Source: a virus
Lineage: Duplodnaviria > Caudoviricetes
Direction: 5' to 3' (one strand)
DNA length: 26,404 nucleotides
Virus record (IMG/VR): IMGVR_UViG_3300044475_000016
Location: 1-26,404 of that record
Position 1 is the first letter of the stretch. Every line of letters starts with the position of its first letter. Positions 16,308 to 23,716 of the stretch are shown piece after piece. Under the pieces are notes generated by a model. That model had not been told where the DNA came from. It ran no database searches and saw only the letters and a program-made list of their open reading frames with translations. Position numbers and translations under genes: made by a program.

Positions 16308-17612
16308 TCATAGGCCTCCTGGCATGTTGTAACGCCCGCGCTCTGAGTCGAATAGCACCTCGCAACGTGGGTCACGCGGGCCGCCGCTGCGGTGCAGCTT
16401 GTTCTTGGTTGCGCCGATGAAGCGCGTGCCTGCAAGGCCGGGCTCGTTGCTTGCGCCCAGCGTGATGATTGCCTCGGCTGCGCCTTGCTTGCCCGTCTTG
16501 CTGTCCTTGAGCATGCCCAGCGTAGGGAATGCAAGGCCGTCGCCATCAGCGCTGATCTGCGAGGTTGCGATTACTGGAATGTCATGCTTGACAGCCAGCA
16601 TGCGCGCCCACTGATACATAGCCTCCAGCTTCTGGTCGGTACGCTCGCCCCCGTTGGTAGCCTCGCCGCCGAACTTGATGTTGTCCACCATGTCCATGAC
16701 AGCAAGGCCCAGGTTCTGGCTGCGGATAATGTCCTCAACCTCATGACTCCAGAAGTCATGAATGTCGTAGACACGCAGGGCATCCAGCCGCCCGCCCAAA
16801 GCTGCGGCGTAGTCCTCGTCCAGCTTGTGCATGTGCGTCTTGCTGGGCTTGCGATACAACTCGACTAGCTCGGGCACCGTGAGGTTCAGCGCGGACTGAT
16901 AGCAGCGCTGAATGATGCGCTTGCCTGGGCCTTCGTTGTTGAACCAGCCGATGTTGCGGCTGCCTCCGTACAGCGCCTCAACTTGCGCCGCCATGTACGT
17001 TAGCTGGTCAGTAAGGAACGTGGTCTTGCCCTTGTCGGGGCGCCCAGCGACAACGACAAAATCACCGCCTCGCAGTGGGCGCATGCTCATGTTCAAGCAG
17101 GCGAGGCGCCAGTGCAGGCCGGTATCGTTCTCCTCCTCGGCTAGCATCTCGCCAATCGAAGTCTGCACCCAGGGCGTCTTGACCTTGCGGTTAGTCTGAT
17201 CCTCAAAGGCTTCGACTGCGGCGCGCAGTGCAACATACAGATCAACCTCGTCGCCATCGTTCCATTGCTGGAGCAGCGCAGCTACGCGGTTAGCTGTGTC
17301 TGCTGCGACTAGGCGTTCCATCAGCCCCGCTTCCACATCAGCGGGCACGTCATCTTGCACGGCCCGCAGCATGGTGTCGTAGGCTGCGCGCTGCTCCTCG
17401 GTCAACGTCGGATGGCGGAAGCCTTTGAACCACAGCATGAATGCATCATGGTCGATGCACTCCACTGCTGGGAACTCCTTGAAGTACGCCTTGAAATCAT
17501 CAAAGATAATCTTGGTGCGCGCCTCAAGGGCAGAAGTTGGCACGGCATGGCCGAGCCTTTCCATGCGCTTGCGGTATTTCATCAAGCGCAGGACGGTAAG
17601 CTCTAGGCTCAA
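16308..17612 (-). CDS. DnaB-like replicative helicase
   Basis: Walker A GRPDKGKTT, NNEGPG, VMDMVDN, ATSQIS, SKTGKQG, KNKL. TTG start 17612 with AAGGAGG RBS. Confidence 0.95.
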   Translation of the reverse strand: MSLELTVLRLMKYRKRMERLGHAVPTSALEARTKIIFDDFKAYFKEFPAVECIDHDAFMLWFKGFRHPTLTEEQRAAYDTMLRAVQDDVPADVEAGLMERLVAADTANRVAALLQQWNDGDEVDLYVALRAAVEAFEDQTNRKVKTPWVQTSIGEMLAEEENDTGLHWRLACLNMSMRPLRGGDFVVVAGRPDKGKTTFLTDQLTYMAAQVEALYGGSRNIGWFNNEGPGKRIIQRCYQSALNLTVPELVELYRKPSKTHMHKLDEDYAAALGGRLDALRVYDIHDFWSHEVEDIIRSQNLGLAVMDMVDNIKFGGEATNGGERTDQKLEAMYQWARMLAVKHDIPVIATSQISADGDGLAFPTLGMLKDSKTGKQGAAEAIITLGASNEPGLAGTRFIGATKNKLHRSGGPRDPRCEVLFDSERGRYNMPGGL

Positions 17613-17809
17613 GCAGATTCCTCCTTGATCCAGATAATGTCGGTGCTGCTGCAGCCAACGGGCAGAGAAGCACACACAGACGTGGGGCCTGGGCCGTACC
17701 CGGCACAGCCGTTACACCTACCGGGAGTGCCCGCCTCCGCGCGGTAGCGTGTACCGTACCAGGTCACAAAGAAATCACCGGGCTTGTATTCTGGGTAAGG
17801 CGTAGTCAT
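17609..17809 (-). CDS. Small Cys4 protein (paralogue 2)
   Basis: 66 aa, CNGC...CASLPVGC...DIIWIK. Coupled by overlaps on both sides. Confidence 0.75.
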   Translation of the reverse strand: MTTPYPEYKPGDFFVTWYGTRYRAEAGTPGRCNGCAGYGPGPTSVCASLPVGCSSTDIIWIKEESA

Positions 17810-18015
17810 TCGTTGTCTCTGTTCATGATGCGGTTGTAAATCTGCGCAGGCTCTGCGTCGTCGTCGTCGTGTAGCACGAAGATAACATCCTCGTCAGTGG
17901 TGCAATCGGGCAATGCCCCGCACAGTCTGGAGTCGCGCTGTGCCACGCAACCATCGCAAGCGTACGGGGCGCTGGCTGTAACAGCGGCGAAAACTACACC
18001 GTTCACTGTAATCAT
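17806..18015 (-). CDS. Small Cys4 protein (paralogue 1)
   Basis: Start ATG 18015 (GAGG RBS), 69 aa, CDGC...CGALPDC...DVIFVL. Confidence 0.75.
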   Translation of the reverse strand: MITVNGVVFAAVTASAPYACDGCVAQRDSRLCGALPDCTTDEDVIFVLHDDDDAEPAQIYNRIMNRDNE

Positions 18016-18040
18016 GACAGCCTCACGATCACGCCGTAAG

Positions 18041-18898
18041 CTACCAGCGCAGCGATCCATACGCCGCAGAGAATTGCGACAGCACGGGATGGGTCTGGGG
18101 GAGGGAATCCATAAGGCATGCGAGTATTTCCTTTCGCGTAAAATATTTAGGATCGCGCTGGGGTCGTGCGATGTGCACCTCAACGCCCATTGCTGCTAAG
18201 GTACGCCGCACCTTAGCTCTGCCTTGCTCGCCCGCTTTATCGGGATCAAGCATCATTATTACTGGCTTCTCCTGACGGGCAATCAATGCGGCCACACCGT
18301 CAGGCAACTTCGTGCCCAGCAAAGACCACGCCTGCGTTACTCGCGCCGTAACGTAAGCCGAGAGTATGTCTTCGGTGAGCACCAGTACGGGGCCGCTGCC
18401 GTACTGTGCGACCAAGTTGCTGCGATCTACCTCGGGGTTGATGTACTTTGCGAAGCCTTTCTTCCAGCCTCGCGCCTGCCAGTACAGCACCCTGCCTGCG
18501 GCGTCCCGCACAGGTAGCACAACTCGGTCTATTGGTGGCACGTAGTACGCGCCGATGTTCTCAATGTCGTCATTGGACAAGCCCGCTTTGTAAAGCCACA
18601 CCCGTGCATGCAAGGGCCACTGCTGCACATCGTACTCCGCAGGCTGTGGCAGGGCAATGCTTGCGCGTTGCCGTAGTTCAATGTCACGCTTGGCATTAAG
18701 CTCAGCGATCTTCTCCGATACCGACAGCTCGGGCCGAGGGATGAAACCCTGCGGGCCGCACCTGAAACAGTAAGCGTGGTAGCTCCCGTCATCATGATGC
18801 TCAACCCGCAGAGTCTTGCCCTCACCGCAGCCATGCGGTACGCGGATAGACCTGCTTCGCGGCAGGCCCTGCGTATGCTTGGCCCACTCTTGCGTCAA
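18041..18898 (-). CDS. DNA primase (zinc-binding plus TOPRIM domains)
   Basis: HGCG...YCFRCG zinc site, RVVLPV, YWQAR, KYIN, LTEDILSA, MLDPDKAG. TTG start overlaps the upstream stop. Confidence 0.92.
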   Translation of the reverse strand: MTQEWAKHTQGLPRSRSIRVPHGCGEGKTLRVEHHDDGSYHAYCFRCGPQGFIPRPELSVSEKIAELNAKRDIELRQRASIALPQPAEYDVQQWPLHARVWLYKAGLSNDDIENIGAYYVPPIDRVVLPVRDAAGRVLYWQARGWKKGFAKYINPEVDRSNLVAQYGSGPVLVLTEDILSAYVTARVTQAWSLLGTKLPDGVAALIARQEKPVIMMLDPDKAGEQGRAKVRRTLAAMGVEVHIARPQRDPKYFTRKEILACLMDSLPQTHPVLSQFSAAYGSLRW

Positions 18899-19191
18899 GC
18901 GAACTGCCGCATAGCGAAGCGTTGAAGGGCTGCGCCGTCGCCGCGCTTAGCGTAGAAGCTGGCGTGCTCGTGGAACAACTTGGCTTTCTGGTATTCCTTG
19001 TCGGTGACGAATACTTCTGGACTTCCAGCAGGGAAGCTGCGCTCAGCCCGCAGCACTGCCAGCAAGGCGTCTTGCAGCGCTTTGCGGAACTGCTGCAGCG
19101 GGTTGACGATCTTGCCCACGCCAAGCTTGGCGAATGCTGCTTGACGCTTAGCGTAAGCGTCGGATACGAATGTCTTGCGTTGTCGTGCCAT
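18895..19191 (-). CDS. Hypothetical basic protein
   Basis: MARQRKTFVSDAYAKRQAAF... (98 aa), AAGGA RBS. Confidence 0.75.
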   Translation of the reverse strand: MARQRKTFVSDAYAKRQAAFAKLGVGKIVNPLQQFRKALQDALLAVLRAERSFPAGSPEVFVTDKEYQKAKLFHEHASFYAKRGDGAALQRFAMRQFA

Positions 19192-19192
19192 G

Positions 19193-19474
19193 TTAGTCCT
19201 TGAAGTGTACCACTTGTGGGTTGCCGCTGAATTGGGCGCTTTCAACTTCTTTGTCCAGCGCTTGCCAGATTTCTCGGCAGTCCGAGTCGCGCCCAACAAC
19301 GCGGCCTGTAAGTGCCAGTATCTTAGAGGCTTGGGCTGGTGTCAAGCGCAGCACGTACTCAACTTCCTCAGCCTGTGCAGGCTTCACCACAACCCGCTCA
19401 ACGCGGGATGCGGGCTGCACTTGCTGCTTCTGCTCGGCTTCTTTCAAACCTGCAGCGCGCATCCCGCCGTACAT
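19193..19474 (-). CDS. Hypothetical protein
   Basis: 93 aa, TGATG overlap with the upstream gene. Confidence 0.7.
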   Translation of the reverse strand: MYGGMRAAGLKEAEQKQQVQPASRVERVVVKPAQAEEVEYVLRLTPAQASKILALTGRVVGRDSDCREIWQALDKEVESAQFSGNPQVVHFKD

Positions 19475-19932
19475 CAGGCTGCCTCGCCTTCTGCTGTGGC
19501 TTCTGCTTCGTCGGCATCCACGTAATCAATGCCATCAACGCGCTTGATCGCAGCGGTAGGCACCGTCACCAGCGTAGCATCGAAGCCCGAGCCGAACGAG
19601 ACACGCACAGCAGCCGCAACCTTATCTTCCTTGGGCTTGAACGCAATGACCGTGCCTGTCTCCAGCTTGCGGCTGGCGGCGCGACCAAAGTAGAAGTCCA
19701 CGGTGCGGCCCACGATAGCCTCGCTGTTCACGGTGTTCTCGAACTCCTCCAGCACAGCGGCGTTCTCCAGCGCAGAACGGAGCTTCTTGTTCTCTGCAAT
19801 CAGGCGATCAGCCAGAGCTTCGGCCTTGCTGATACGCTCCGCGTTGTCGGTAATCTTCTTCTCGATGCGCTGTGCACGGGTCAGTTGCACGGCTTCGGCT
19901 TGGTCTTGAGCTTGGGTGTTGAAGTCAGTCAT
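19474..19932 (-). CDS. Hypothetical protein (coiled coil plus beta-rich C-terminal domain)
   Basis: 152 aa, AAGGA RBS, acidic tail. Confidence 0.8.
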   Translation of the reverse strand: MTDFNTQAQDQAEAVQLTRAQRIEKKITDNAERISKAEALADRLIAENKKLRSALENAAVLEEFENTVNSEAIVGRTVDFYFGRAASRKLETGTVIAFKPKEDKVAAAVRVSFGSGFDATLVTVPTAAIKRVDGIDYVDADEAEATAEGEAA

Positions 19933-20060
19933 GTGTAGTCCTTGAAGTGAAGAATGGTTGTGCTGGTGAGCGACCAGCGGCGCTTAATAGTGCCTAAATG
20001 GGCCGATGAATTTAGACGCCAGCCAGCCACGCGGCAGCCGCTGGTGTCTGTAAGGATCAT

Positions 20061-20100
20061 GCGCCCACCTAGGTTCCCAGCATGAGCTAGGGCAGGCGGC
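20061..20100 (-). other. Possible degenerate RNase III-type hairpin
   Basis: Minus strand GCCTG-CCCTAG...CTAGG-TGGGCGC; the flanks resemble the AGCCT(G/A)...TGGAGTGC hairpin family. Confidence 0.4.
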
Positions 20101-20114
20101 AGTATGCGTGTGCA

Positions 20115-20381
20115 TTAGTAGCCCAGAGCCTCAAGCTCCTGATCCACCGCCACGTTGACCGCTTCGACGTGCTTCTCAGCAGCATCTACCTCGGCGTGTG
20201 CCTGCTCTGCGGCAGTCACGGCAGCGGTGATGATCTTGTCCGCAATGATGGCGCGGTCTTTGGTGGAGTCAAGCACGCGCTCGGCGCGGTCTTGTGCTGC
20301 CAGCAAGCGGCGCATTAGAACATGGCGGGCCAGTTGGTGCAGCTTACGTGCAATGCGGACGGTGTAAGAATTGACAGTCAT
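20115..20381 (-). CDS. Hypothetical helical protein
   Basis: MTVNSYTVRIARKL... start 20381 with GGAG RBS and ATGA overlap. Confidence 0.75.
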   Translation of the reverse strand: MTVNSYTVRIARKLHQLARHVLMRRLLAAQDRAERVLDSTKDRAIIADKIITAAVTAAEQAHAEVDAAEKHVEAVNVAVDQELEALGY

Positions 20382-20638
20382 TGTGGGCTCCATACAGTTA
20401 CGGGGTGGATGGTGATAAGAACTTCTTGCTCTCCTGCTGAGGTCAGGCGGGCATGGATGAACGCTGCGATTTCCTCGGCAGCCGTCTGCGATGTGACGAG
20501 AGTAAGCACGCACACCGGCTCCAGGCGGTGACGCCACACGCCGTTTCCTGCAACTACAGTGCAGGCCGCAATGTGCGTACCAAGCAAGGGCAGATGCTCA
20601 CTGGGCACGTAGGCTGTAAGCTGAACTCTACTTGCCAT
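20378..20638 (-). CDS. Hypothetical protein
   Basis: 86 aa, TAAGGAG RBS. Confidence 0.75.
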   Translation of the reverse strand: MASRVQLTAYVPSEHLPLLGTHIAACTVVAGNGVWRHRLEPVCVLTLVTSQTAAEEIAAFIHARLTSAGEQEVLITIHPVTVWSPQ

Positions 20639-20807
20639 AGCGGTCTTGCTCCTTACTTCTGTGCTTGATGACGAGCAGCATTAGGTTTGGGTCAGGCGGA
20701 AACTTATCAAGGAGAGCACGGCGCACAGCAGAGGCTGCGTCCTTGACGTTGCGCGGCGCTTGCTCGTCGGCAATCACCTCGTCAAGCTCATTGATTGCTT
20801 GCTGCAC
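20628..20807 (-). CDS. Hypothetical 59-aa protein (not in ORF track)
   Basis: GTG start with AAGGAG 7 nt upstream. MQQAINELDEVIADEQAPRNVKDAASAVRRALLDKFPPDPNLMLLVIKHRSKEQDRYGK fills the gap exactly. Confidence 0.7.
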   Translation of the reverse strand: MQQAINELDEVIADEQAPRNVKDAASAVRRALLDKFPPDPNLMLLVIKHRSKEQDRYGK

Positions 20808-21237
20808 GGGCGCGCTCCTTCCACTGCTCGGGCGTCATGCGGGGCACGGCTGCGTTGTCTGGATAGTAGGCGTTCCACCATACTTCCATGAGGCTGTAAT
20901 TAATCTGCTCATGAGCCTGCAGGTACTTACTTCGATACAGCGACCAGCGCTTACCGTCCCACCAGCGCCACGCATCGGGTGCATACGGCTCTGATGGAGC
21001 AACGCTTGCATTCCACCAGCCAACATGGGGTGGCGGGCCAGTGCGCCATGTGCGGCCATGTGCCTCGATTGTGTCGAGGCTGCGCACCCACTCGTCATCC
21101 TTCTCCTGCAGCATCACGATGCAGTTATGCGCGGACTCGATTACACAGTCTGAGTCTGGCACTGGCGGTGCTGACGGCGCAACCAAGCACCGCACTACGG
21201 CAATGAGCTGCCGCCAAACATTAAGGGTATTGTGCAT
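20788..21237 (-). CDS. Hypothetical Trp-rich protein
   Basis: WRTGPPPHVGWWNAS...WRWWDGKRWS motif. AAGGA RBS favours ATG 21237. Confidence 0.7.
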   Translation of the reverse strand: MHNTLNVWRQLIAVVRCLVAPSAPPVPDSDCVIESAHNCIVMLQEKDDEWVRSLDTIEAHGRTWRTGPPPHVGWWNASVAPSEPYAPDAWRWWDGKRWSLYRSKYLQAHEQINYSLMEVWWNAYYPDNAAVPRMTPEQWKERARAASNQ

Positions 21238-21391
21238 CGGGATCATCCTTCCATACGCAGCTATCAGTTACTGGAACGTACACGCAGGGGCGAGTGCTGC
21301 CGTAATGTACTTCTTCGTCGGGATCACCGCCACCGCAAGCGGCAAGCAGCGCCACCAGGGCGAGCATTGCGGACATTGAGAGCTTACGCAT
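21221..21391 (-). CDS. Small lipoprotein, 56 aa (not in ORF track)
   Basis: MRKLSMSAMLALVALLAAC-GGGDPDEEVHYGSTRPCVYVPVTDSCVWKDDPDAQYP: basic N-region, hydrophobic core and LAAC lipobox. GGAGG RBS at 21400-21404. Confidence 0.85.
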   Translation of the reverse strand: MRKLSMSAMLALVALLAACGGGDPDEEVHYGSTRPCVYVPVTDSCVWKDDPDAQYP

Positions 21392-21782
21392 TTGGATAGC
21401 CTCCGTGTGTGGGCTTGTAGGATTTGCTCGGTGCTGTCTCCTGCAAGTACAGCTCGATCAGGCTGAGGCAGTGCTGGGCCATCGCCTTGCGGGATTTGCT
21501 CCAAGGCTGGCCGCTCTCGTGGCGAGTACCCAGTGGGTACGATGTGCGGTAGCCGGGCTTGAGTGTCTGCTTAGACGTTGCGCAGAGCCAAGGAATGATA
21601 TTATAAGCCTTAACCGCTCCACAGATACCCAACTCCTGTGCCTCGCTGTTGATGGCCGCACGCAGGGCTGTTGCAAGACCAGTAATCCGGGCTTGGTCAT
21701 AACCGGACAGCACTTCAGCAGCGCTATACGCCCCATCTTCAGCATCAACTTTCTTGTACAGCGCTTCCATAATCGTACTCAT
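21384..21782 (-). CDS. Hypothetical early protein
   Basis: 132 aa, TAAGGAG RBS. Confidence 0.8.
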   Translation of the reverse strand: MSTIMEALYKKVDAEDGAYSAAEVLSGYDQARITGLATALRAAINSEAQELGICGAVKAYNIIPWLCATSKQTLKPGYRTSYPLGTRHESGQPWSKSRKAMAQHCLSLIELYLQETAPSKSYKPTHGGYPNA

Positions 21783-21820
21783 ATTGACTCCTTAAAGTTA
21801 CCCATACAGGGCGGTCAGTG

Positions 21821-21864
21821 CAGAGCGCACTCCAATGCCCGCAAGGGCATCAGGCTACGCTCTA
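21821..21864 (-). other. RNase III-type processing hairpin
   Basis: Minus strand TAGAGCG-TAGCC-TGATGCCC-TTGC-GGGCATTG-GAGTG-CGCTCTG: two stems separated by an internal loop, intergenic. Confidence 0.7.
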
Positions 21865-21865
21865 G

Positions 21866-22054
21866 TTAGCTCTTGAACATTTCCTTCCACTTGGCGTTAT
21901 AGCGATCGAGTGCGTAATCTGCCACGCTCTGTGCGTCGTATGTAGCCACGCCCGTTGACAGAGCCGCCAAAAACGCCTTCTGCCAGAAGCGCCACTGCGA
22001 GCCTTTGCTGGGCTCGTTGGGCGTAGAGTTGTATTGTTGGGTTGGGTCTTCCAT
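21866..22054 (-). CDS. Hypothetical early protein
   Basis: 62 aa, TAAGGAG RBS. Confidence 0.78.
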   Translation of the reverse strand: MEDPTQQYNSTPNEPSKGSQWRFWQKAFLAALSTGVATYDAQSVADYALDRYNAKWKEMFKS

Positions 22055-22063
22055 AGTTTCTCC

Positions 22064-22420
22064 TTAGTGTAGTTCCGCCACCAGCACGGCGGCATCGCGG
22101 TCAATCATGGCTTGCTTGCGCCCACGCAGAATGCGGTCATTGGGCACATCAAGCGCGACGAAGCGCAGGCCAGCTTGGCGTAGTGCCTCGCGGGCATGCT
22201 CGGGCCACCACTCGTTGAATGTATGCTCCCAGGCTGCGCAGTTGTAGTCCCATTTAGGCGCTGCTACCCCATCGTTGTACGGGTTAGGCAAGAAGCGCCA
22301 GCGCTCATCCATGTGATCGGCCACCGCACGTTTAGGACGTTCAGCGTACTCGCCCCGCACCACACGGGTAAACCCCGGCGCTGGCGGTGGCAGTTGGTCT
22401 AGGCTCGTCAGCGCTTGCAT
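22064..22420 (-). CDS. Hypothetical early protein
   Basis: 118 aa, overlaps the end of the upstream gene. Confidence 0.75.
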   Translation of the reverse strand: MQALTSLDQLPPPAPGFTRVVRGEYAERPKRAVADHMDERWRFLPNPYNDGVAAPKWDYNCAAWEHTFNEWWPEHAREALRQAGLRFVALDVPNDRILRGRKQAMIDRDAAVLVAELH

Positions 22421-23064
22421 TCTGCTGCCCCCGGCACAGGGTGCCCGTTCAGGATTTGGTTAAGCCACCACAGGCGGGAATGCAGACGCCACTCGGCAGG
22501 TCGCTGCTTAGCGGGCTTTGGGTACAGGCCAGATACAGCCAGCGAGCGTGGTAAGAATGAGTGCCCATTAAGTGCAGAATCCACTGCCTTTTGTAGCGCT
22601 TCACCAGCTTCGCGGTCTGCCATATCGTCTGCGATTTCACATAGCCATTCGTACCTTTCCGGGCTAAAAAGCCATTCGATAGCCTCATGGCAGGCCCGCA
22701 CAAGCTCAGGACTGTGCACTTTAGCCGCTGCGGTGTCCGCAAGCTCGCGGAGGAAGCGGACGCGGAGGCTCTTACAACGCACCAGATCGTGAGTAGGCTC
22801 AAGACCGTACTGGTCGCACAGAGCCCCACCAATGCCGTGATTGGGCTCATCGCCCAGCTTAGCAACTTCGGCCAGTACGCGCTTGGCGTACTCTGGATAC
22901 GGGTAGGCAAATTGATTGTATGCTCTCTGATTGTACTGCTGCAAGCTGCCCGCAACCTTGTAGGCGTCCAGCATATTACACAGATAGGCGTAATCAAAAT
23001 CGCCCTGCTCAATGTAGTCCGCGAACTTGCGCAGCCACTCAATGTAGTTCAGTTTCTCGTCCAT
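22408..23064 (-). CDS. Hypothetical early protein with apparent internal duplication
   Basis: Start ATG 23064 (MDEKLNYIEW, AGGGG upstream). The alternative start at 23103 lies in a hairpin. Confidence 0.78.
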   Translation of the reverse strand: MDEKLNYIEWLRKFADYIEQGDFDYAYLCNMLDAYKVAGSLQQYNQRAYNQFAYPYPEYAKRVLAEVAKLGDEPNHGIGGALCDQYGLEPTHDLVRCKSLRVRFLRELADTAAAKVHSPELVRACHEAIEWLFSPERYEWLCEIADDMADREAGEALQKAVDSALNGHSFLPRSLAVSGLYPKPAKQRPAEWRLHSRLWWLNQILNGHPVPGAAECKR

Positions 23065-23094
23065 AAAGGCCCCTATAACGTGCGGATAACGTAC

Positions 23095-23133
23095 GCACTC
23101 CATAGCCTACGCAGAGCATAGGCTACAGGCTGC
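23095..23133 (-). other. RNase III-type processing hairpin
   Basis: Plus strand GCACTCCA-TAGCCTA-CGCAGAGCA-TAGGCTA-CAGGCTGC: same flanks as the hairpins at 21821 and 23717, with a different stem. Confidence 0.65.
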
Positions 23134-23322
23134 AAACATCAGCCAGGACTAGTACAAAGCTCGGCAGCTATCGGCGTGTCACATAAATCCTCCAACATTA
23201 AGACCATTGGTGAGAGCGCACCAAGACGCATGACGGTTGCTGATTCTCACAGATTGCTTGCGGGCCGCAGAACAAGCTAAGACACCCGGCCACGCCTTGC
23301 GGCGCAACTGCACTTTCCCTTG

Positions 23323-23370
23323 AAAGCACACAGGCAAGCCCTAGCTCGTAGGGCTTGCGCTTTATGCTTT
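23323..23370 (-). other. RNase III-type hairpin
   Basis: AAAGCA...GCAAGCCCTA-GCTCG-TAGGGCTTGC...TGCTTT: a 10-bp perfect upper stem, an internal loop and a lower stem. Confidence 0.6.
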
Positions 23371-23444
23371 TAGATCACACTACTGAGCCACGCTAGGTAT
23401 GCTAGTAGCGCGGCCCACCACACCGCCCAGAGTAGGACGTTCAC
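23370..23444 (-). CDS. Candidate 24-aa membrane micro-protein
   Basis: GTG start overlaps the upstream TGA (GTGA). MNVLLWAVWWAALLAYLAWLSSVI; the stop abuts the hairpin. Confidence 0.5.
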   Translation of the reverse strand: MNVLLWAVWWAALLAYLAWLSSVI

Positions 23445-23533
23445 AGCGCCGCCTTGCGTTTGGCGTAGCTCTCCCACCAGACTCCAGCGTAGCTGCGGGA
23501 GCTAGTGCGGTACAAACTGGTTGTGTACGACAT
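23441..23533 (-). CDS. Candidate 30-aa micro-protein
   Basis: MSYTTSLYRTSSRSYAGVWWESYAKRKAAL, AAAGGAG 9 nt upstream. A competing frame from ATG 23538 uses the same RBS at 4 nt. Confidence 0.5.
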   Translation of the reverse strand: MSYTTSLYRTSSRSYAGVWWESYAKRKAAL

Positions 23534-23534
23534 T

Positions 23535-23696
23535 TCATACTGCTCCTTTCGCAGCTCTGTATAAGCCCCACCACCGATCTCGAGTGGCGCGGAAACTCGC
23601 AACGTTGCACATCGTGCCCGCCTTTACACACCGCTGCGCCTGTTGCAATTCAAATTCTGCACGGGCTAAGTTAGCCGCAAAGTACATAATTGGCAT
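23535..23696 (-). CDS. Hypothetical small early protein
   Basis: AGGAGG at 23701-23706; MPIMYFAANLARAEFELQQAQRC...RWWGLYRAAKGAV. Confidence 0.7.
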   Translation of the reverse strand: MPIMYFAANLARAEFELQQAQRCVKAGTMCNVASFRATRDRWWGLYRAAKGAV

Positions 23697-23716
23697 GATG
23701 CCTCCTGTTGTTGTGC

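Noticed and set aside
19203-19211. GGTACACTT 9-mer matching the promoter core on the minus strand
   Set aside because: Inside a coding end and part of the CACTTCAAGGACTA RBS context also seen near 19935-19950; the flanks do not match the motif. Cannot be fully excluded.
23380-23631. 83-aa minus-strand ORF from the track
   Set aside because: Overlaps the better-supported 23535-23696 gene, and its 3' part is better explained by two coupled micro-ORFs. A 52-aa version from 23538 remains possible.
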